DNA from: Candidatus Pacebacteria bacterium CG10_big_fil_rev_8_21_14_0_10_56_10
GTDB taxonomy: Bacteria > Patescibacteriota > Microgenomatia > UBA1400 > PJMF01
Direction of reading: 5' to 3'
Assembly: GCA_002772645.1 (NCBI GenBank)
Contig: PFDK01000003.1
Span: 1 to 40,492, forward strand
DNA length: 40,492 nt
A program made the position numbers and the translations under genes. Of the stretch, positions 35,875 to 40,492 are shown piece by piece; the first letter of the stretch is position 1; each line of letters starts with the position of its first letter. Under the pieces are notes generated by a model. It saw only the letters and a program-made list of their open reading frames with translations, ran no database searches and was not told the DNA's origin.

Positions 35875-37572
35875 ATGCGCTGGCACCTTTCCCAACCGTC
35901 CCTGCCGCGTGGCCCCGACCAGGTGATTGATCTAGTGTTGGCCAACCGCGGCGTCAGCGACCGTCAGTCGTTCCTTGGCCCAGCCCATCCTAGTTCGCTC
36001 AGCCCGGCCAGGGTAGGAATTGACGACGACCAGCTGCGCCGGGCGGTGGACAGACTGGACCAAGCCCGCCGCCGCCGGCAAAAAGTGGCGGTGTTTGGTG
36101 ACTACGACGTGGACGGCATCTGCGCTGCCGCGGTGCTATGGCAAACCCTATACCGAGGCGGGTGGCAGGTAATGCCGTTTATTCCGCACCGACAGCGTCA
36201 TGGCTATGGTCTGACCGATGCTGCCCTGCGCTCGGTGCGGGCCGACCACCAACCGGACCTGATCGTGACGGTGGACAACGGCATCGTGGCCTTAGAACAG
36301 GTCAAACGGTTGGTAGACCAAGGCATCGACGTCATCGTTACCGACCACCACCTGCCCGAAGAGCGGGCCGGCCGGCAGCTGCTGCCGCCGGCCACGGCGG
36401 TAGTTCACACCACCCAGCTGTGCGGGACGACGGTAGCCTGGGTGCTGGCTCGGGAAGTGGCCCGGCAGTTGCTTGATGAGAGTGATGATCAGGCCATCAA
36501 CGATCAGCTAGACTTGGCCGGCTTAGCCACCATCGCTGACCAGGTAAAGCTCCATGACGCCAACCGGTCGTTTGCGTTCCACGGCATCGAGGCCCTGCGC
36601 CGGACCGGGCGGCCGGGCTTGACGGCGCTGATCGCTCAGGCCGGGATTGACCAACAACGGATCTCGGCCGGTCAGGTTGGCTTCGGGCTGGCGCCCCGGA
36701 TCAACGCTATGGGCCGGCTCGATGATGGGCTGGCGGCGTTGAGAATGCTGTGTACCGGCGACCCGGCTCAAGCCAATCGCCAAGCCGCTCTTCTTGACCA
36801 GACTAACTTAGACCGGCGCAACCTGACTAAAGAAGCGATCGACACAGCCCTGGCCCAAGCCGATGACTGGCAAGATGAGCACTTGATCGTGGCGGCGTCA
36901 CCCCTGTTTCACCAAGGCGTGGTGGGGCTGGTGGCCGGTCGGCTAGTCGAGCAGTTTGCTAAGCCGGCTATCGTGATGAGCGTTGATGACAAGGTTGTCA
37001 AGGCCTCTGCGCGGTCCATTCCGGGTGTGGACATCGTCGAACTGGTCCGCCAGGTTAGGGATGACTTGTTAGACGTTGGCGGCCACCCAATGGCGGCCGG
37101 TTTTTCGTTGGCGCCCGCCAAACTGGAGGCGGTCACCAGCCGGCTCTACGAACTGGCCCGGCGGCAGATCAGTCCGGAACTGCTCGAGCCCGCGGTGGTG
37201 ATTGACTGCCGCTTGCCGCCGGAGTTGGTAGGGCTGGAGCTGGTTGGGGAGCTGGAGCGGCTGGAGCCCCACGGCAGCGGCAACCCCCGACCAACTTTTT
37301 TGCTGGAGGGCTGGCGCCTCGACCAGTTTTCCACCGTTGGTAAAGAAAACAGCCACTTGAAGTTGCGGTTGAGCCGCGGCGGCCAGCGGGTTACTGGTAT
37401 GGGGTGGAGACTGGCTAGGTTGTCCGGTTTGCTGACGGCCCCGGGGGATGTCCCCGGCCACCCCCAGCTGGACTTGGTAGTAGAGCTGGAGCGCAACCAC
37501 TGGAACGGCCGGACTAGCCTGCAGTTGGTGGTCAGGCAGTTTCGGCTTGACCGACAGCGCCGGAGTAGCTAA
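35875..37572 (+). CDS. recJ: ssDNA exonuclease RecJ
   Basis: GDYDVDG, GYGL, TVDNG, TDHH, PRINAMGR, SARS, GGHPMAAG, LEPHGSGNP; ATG 35875. Confidence 0.96.
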   Translation: MRWHLSQPSLPRGPDQVIDLVLANRGVSDRQSFLGPAHPSSLSPARVGIDDDQLRRAVDRLDQARRRRQKVAVFGDYDVDGICAAAVLWQTLYRGGWQVMPFIPHRQRHGYGLTDAALRSVRADHQPDLIVTVDNGIVALEQVKRLVDQGIDVIVTDHHLPEERAGRQLLPPATAVVHTTQLCGTTVAWVLAREVARQLLDESDDQAINDQLDLAGLATIADQVKLHDANRSFAFHGIEALRRTGRPGLTALIAQAGIDQQRISAGQVGFGLAPRINAMGRLDDGLAALRMLCTGDPAQANRQAALLDQTNLDRRNLTKEAIDTALAQADDWQDEHLIVAASPLFHQGVVGLVAGRLVEQFAKPAIVMSVDDKVVKASARSIPGVDIVELVRQVRDDLLDVGGHPMAAGFSLAPAKLEAVTSRLYELARRQISPELLEPAVVIDCRLPPELVGLELVGELERLEPHGSGNPRPTFLLEGWRLDQFSTVGKENSHLKLRLSRGGQRVTGMGWRLARLSGLLTAPGDVPGHPQLDLVVELERNHWNGRTSLQLVVRQFRLDRQRRSS

Positions 37573-37616
37573 GTGGCAGCTGGGGAAATAAATTAGTTCA
37601 GCCCTTCGGCCGCTGA

Positions 37617-38135
37617 TCACTGATCAAAGATTGAGGGTTTTCGTTTTTTTGGAGGTCTATCAGTCCAATTAGGCCAGTTTCCGTTCGGCCCAAGCGACAA
37701 AATCTCCACCAAGGTCAATACCGAATCAATAAGCTCCGCCTGTTCTTGCTCTAAAAACTGCTTGCCAACCCTGTTTTCCAAGCTTTCAATCCTCCGGCCC
37801 AAATCCTCACTGTGACCCGTATTGTCACCGGAAACCGTCTTCACTCGGAGCCGTAAATTATTCAGAAATATAAGCAGGATTAGGCCAATTTCGTATTGAT
37901 ACTTTTGTTGATACTCTTGCCCATCTTTTTTTGTTTCGGCATTCTCCATAGCCACACCGGATGCGGAGTCTATGAATTCACTCTGCCGAACTTCAGTGCT
38001 GTTGACTTCTTTAATTAGCTCGACCGTCTCTTTAAGTAGCTGTTGTTGCTCGAGGGTTAAGAGAGTCCGGAACGCTTGATCAGCGGTTAACCGCGCCTCG
38101 GGTGGCAGCTGGGAGGGGTAAGGCGTCTCGGACAT
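37617..38135 (-). CDS. Hypothetical helical protein
   Basis: 172-aa ORF, E/Q/K/L-rich, visibly lower GC; no motif recognised. Confidence 0.6.
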   Translation of the reverse strand: MSETPYPSQLPPEARLTADQAFRTLLTLEQQQLLKETVELIKEVNSTEVRQSEFIDSASGVAMENAETKKDGQEYQQKYQYEIGLILLIFLNNLRLRVKTVSGDNTGHSEDLGRRIESLENRVGKQFLEQEQAELIDSVLTLVEILSLGPNGNWPNWTDRPPKKRKPSIFDQ

Positions 38136-38399
38136 TGGCTGTGGTCACTTAGAAACCATGGTACTTAACGGGCTGTACCACTTTACTTGATTTTCTTAGG
38201 CTGGTGACGGTCAGCGGTGATCATTAGTAACCAATATTTCGACTACCCCAGCCTGACGAAAAAAGTATTATAACAGTTTTTGACAGCCATATAGCTTTAT
38301 TTTGGAGGCAGGCTGGAAATCCTGCTACAATCAACTGTCTGTTGCCTGAGGTGGCAGCGGGAAGTACTAGTAACCACTCTACCGCAGTAAAGACAAGAG

Positions 38400-40265
38400 A
38401 TGTCCAGAACACTGGCAAACAACACAGTCGATCAAATTGGTCAGCAGGTCACCCTGGCCGGCTGGGTGCAGACCAAACGCGATCACGGCAAAATTACCTT
38501 TATTGACTTGCGTGACACCAGCGGCGTGATCCAGTGCGTCGGAGCGGGCACCATGGGCGAGCTGACAACCGAGTCGGTGGTGGAGATTGCCGGCCAGGTC
38601 AGGGAAAGGCCCGCCAAGATGGCCAACCCCAACGTGCCAACTGGCGCCATCGAGATAGAGGTGCGTTCATACCAAGTGCTCAACCCGGCTGAAGAACTAC
38701 CGATCCAAGTAGAGGGTGACGGCCGCCAGCTCGGGGAAGAGGTTCGCCTCAAGTATCGCTATCTTGACCTGCGCCGCCAGCGGCTCGGGCAGATGCTCAG
38801 ACTACGCTCGCGCTACTTTCAAGCTTTGCGCCAACAGCTCTACCAACGCCAGTTCACAGAGGTAGAGACGCCGCTGCTCACCAAGTCCACTAAAGAGGGG
38901 GCTCGCGACTTCGTGGTGCCGTCGCGCTTCCAACCAGGCAAGTTCTACGCCCTGCCCCAAAGCCCCCAGCAGTACAAACAGTTGTTAATGGCCGCCGGCG
39001 TGGAGCGCTACTTCCAGTTTGCTCGGGCAGTCCGGGACGAAGACTTGCGGGCCGACCGCGGTTTTGAGCACACCCAGCTGGACCTGGAGATGAGCTTTGT
39101 TTCTCAGCAGGAAGTGATGTCGATGGTTGAGGAAGTAGTTACGGCCGCGGTACAAGAGGTCGGCGGCCAGATTAAAGACAGCCCGTTCCCGGTGATTGAG
39201 TACGACGACGCTCTCAAGCGTTTTGGCGACGACAAGTTTGACCTGCGCTCTGAAGACGAAAAATCTCGGGGAGTGTTAGCCTTTACCTGGGTGACCAAGT
39301 TCCCGTTCTTCAAGAAAGTGGACCGCACGGACGCCGCCGAAACGGCCGATTCCAAGAGTGGCTGGACCTTCACCCACAACCCGTTCAGCCAGCCCCTGCC
39401 GGAATCCCTGGCCGATCACCTGGCCGGCCGGCGGCTGGACGGTATCGTTTCAGCTCAGTACGATCTGGTCTGCAATGGCTACGAGGTGGGCGGCGGCAGC
39501 ATTCGCGCCCATCGGCCGGAAGTACTCCGGGCTACCTTTGCCAACATGGGTTACTCGGACCGGCAGATCGAAGAGAACGTGGGCCATATGTTGACAGCTT
39601 TCAAGACTGGTACTCCGCCTCACGGAGGGATTGCGCTGGGACTCGATCGGCACGTGATGATCTTGTTGGGCGAGAGTTCTCTCAAGGAAGTGATTGCTTT
39701 CCCGATGACGTCGACCGGCCGGACGGCGGTGATGGACGCGCCCAGCGACATCTCCGACCAGCAGCTCTCTGACCTAGGCTTAGAACTGGCTGAGCGCCGC
39801 CAGTCCGCGCACGACGCGATTCTCAAAAAACTGGCCGATCACAGGGTGGCCCACCAATACCTTGAGCACCAGCCAGTGAGTACCAGCCGGGAGGCGGCTC
39901 AGCTGCGTGGCACCGCTCTGGACCAGTCGGCTAAAGCGCTGGTGCTGCAAGCCGATGGTCAGTTTTTGGTGTACGTCCTACCGGGTGACCAACGGGCAGA
40001 CCTGGAACACCTGCGCGCCGCACTGGGCGCGCGCAAAGTAGCCATGGCGTCGAAGGACTCAGTACTGGCCAAGACGGGCTTGGAAGTCGGTTCGATCCCG
40101 CCGTTTGGCTCGGTCTTGGGACTGCCTACCTATGTTGACGAGCGAGTCGCTAAGCTTGAGGAGATCGCTTTTAACGTGGCCGCCCTCGACAGATCGGCGG
40201 TCATCAAGACGGCCGATTATCTGCGGCTGGAAAGTCATGAGCTACTGCCAGCGCCCCAAACCTAA
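38400..40265 (+). CDS. aspS: Aspartate--tRNA ligase lacking the GAD insertion, fused to a C-terminal YbaK/ProX-type domain
   Basis: GWV..RDHG..FIDLRD, RLKYRYLDLRR, EGARDF, ALPQSPQ.YKQLLM, RDEDLRADR, YDLV.NG.E.GGGSIR, PPHGGIALGLDR, VIAFP; then SAKALV and GSIPPFG. Confidence 0.96.
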   Translation: MSRTLANNTVDQIGQQVTLAGWVQTKRDHGKITFIDLRDTSGVIQCVGAGTMGELTTESVVEIAGQVRERPAKMANPNVPTGAIEIEVRSYQVLNPAEELPIQVEGDGRQLGEEVRLKYRYLDLRRQRLGQMLRLRSRYFQALRQQLYQRQFTEVETPLLTKSTKEGARDFVVPSRFQPGKFYALPQSPQQYKQLLMAAGVERYFQFARAVRDEDLRADRGFEHTQLDLEMSFVSQQEVMSMVEEVVTAAVQEVGGQIKDSPFPVIEYDDALKRFGDDKFDLRSEDEKSRGVLAFTWVTKFPFFKKVDRTDAAETADSKSGWTFTHNPFSQPLPESLADHLAGRRLDGIVSAQYDLVCNGYEVGGGSIRAHRPEVLRATFANMGYSDRQIEENVGHMLTAFKTGTPPHGGIALGLDRHVMILLGESSLKEVIAFPMTSTGRTAVMDAPSDISDQQLSDLGLELAERRQSAHDAILKKLADHRVAHQYLEHQPVSTSREAAQLRGTALDQSAKALVLQADGQFLVYVLPGDQRADLEHLRAALGARKVAMASKDSVLAKTGLEVGSIPPFGSVLGLPTYVDERVAKLEEIAFNVAALDRSAVIKTADYLRLESHELLPAPQT

Positions 40266-40325
40266 CCGCTAAAAAAGTACTCCCCAGCATAGACGTAGTG
40301 AACAGATTGTAGCTACAATGACTGC

Positions 40326-40492
40326 ATGGCAGGACTGAGGCCCGACCAGTACATCAGTGTAGCGGCCGTGACGGTAGGTATGTTGTTGACGGCGGCCGAG
40401 TACCAACCTGTTACCGCTCCTCCACAACTGGAACTCAGCTTTATCGAGCCAACCGCGCTGGCGGTTCCCCGCGCAACCGCGGCCAGTATGGC
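40326..40492 (+). CDS. 5' part of a probable exported protein (truncated by the window)
   Basis: TACAAT 6 nt before ATG; open frame MAGLRPDQYISVAAVTVGMLLTAAEYQPV... to the edge. Confidence 0.5.
   Translation, partial: MAGLRPDQYISVAAVTVGMLLTAAEYQPVTAPPQLELSFIEPTALAVPRATAASM

Overview
A gene-dense, GC-rich bacterial chromosome segment using genetic code 11 (TGA is a stop). Gene content and style point to a Patescibacteria/CPR genome, probably Microgenomates; this is inference from the frr-rseP adjacency, an AspRS lacking the GAD domain, an orphan wHTH-MNT, GT2 and GT-C glycosyltransferases and many small membrane ORFans. Housekeeping genes: tatD, metG, apt-like PRTase, rmuC, dinB, nnrE, tRNA-Glu(CTC), rfbA, frr, rseP, cca, recJ and aspS. 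No CRISPR array, integrase or transposase was found. Highlights: (1) a BlaI repressor / sensor-less Cys-bearing M56 protease / DsbA module, divergent from a type-1 copper lipoprotein, with two copies of a 17-bp operator sitting on the -10 boxes of blaI and dsbA, a candidate disulfide- or copper-sensing proteolytic circuit; (2) AspRS fused to a C-terminal YbaK/ProX-type deacylase domain; (3) a -10 box 6-7 nt before the start codon of at least 12 genes, suggesting pervasive leaderless mRNAs; (4) a terminator/antiterminator switch between apt and metG; (5) a sortase-fold protein missing all catalytic residues; (6) tandem paralogous double winged-helix proteins after dinB; (7) a doubly inactivated RelE next to an intact antitoxin and operator; (8) many short tandem duplications. 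All calls come from motif reading by eye; no searches were run.
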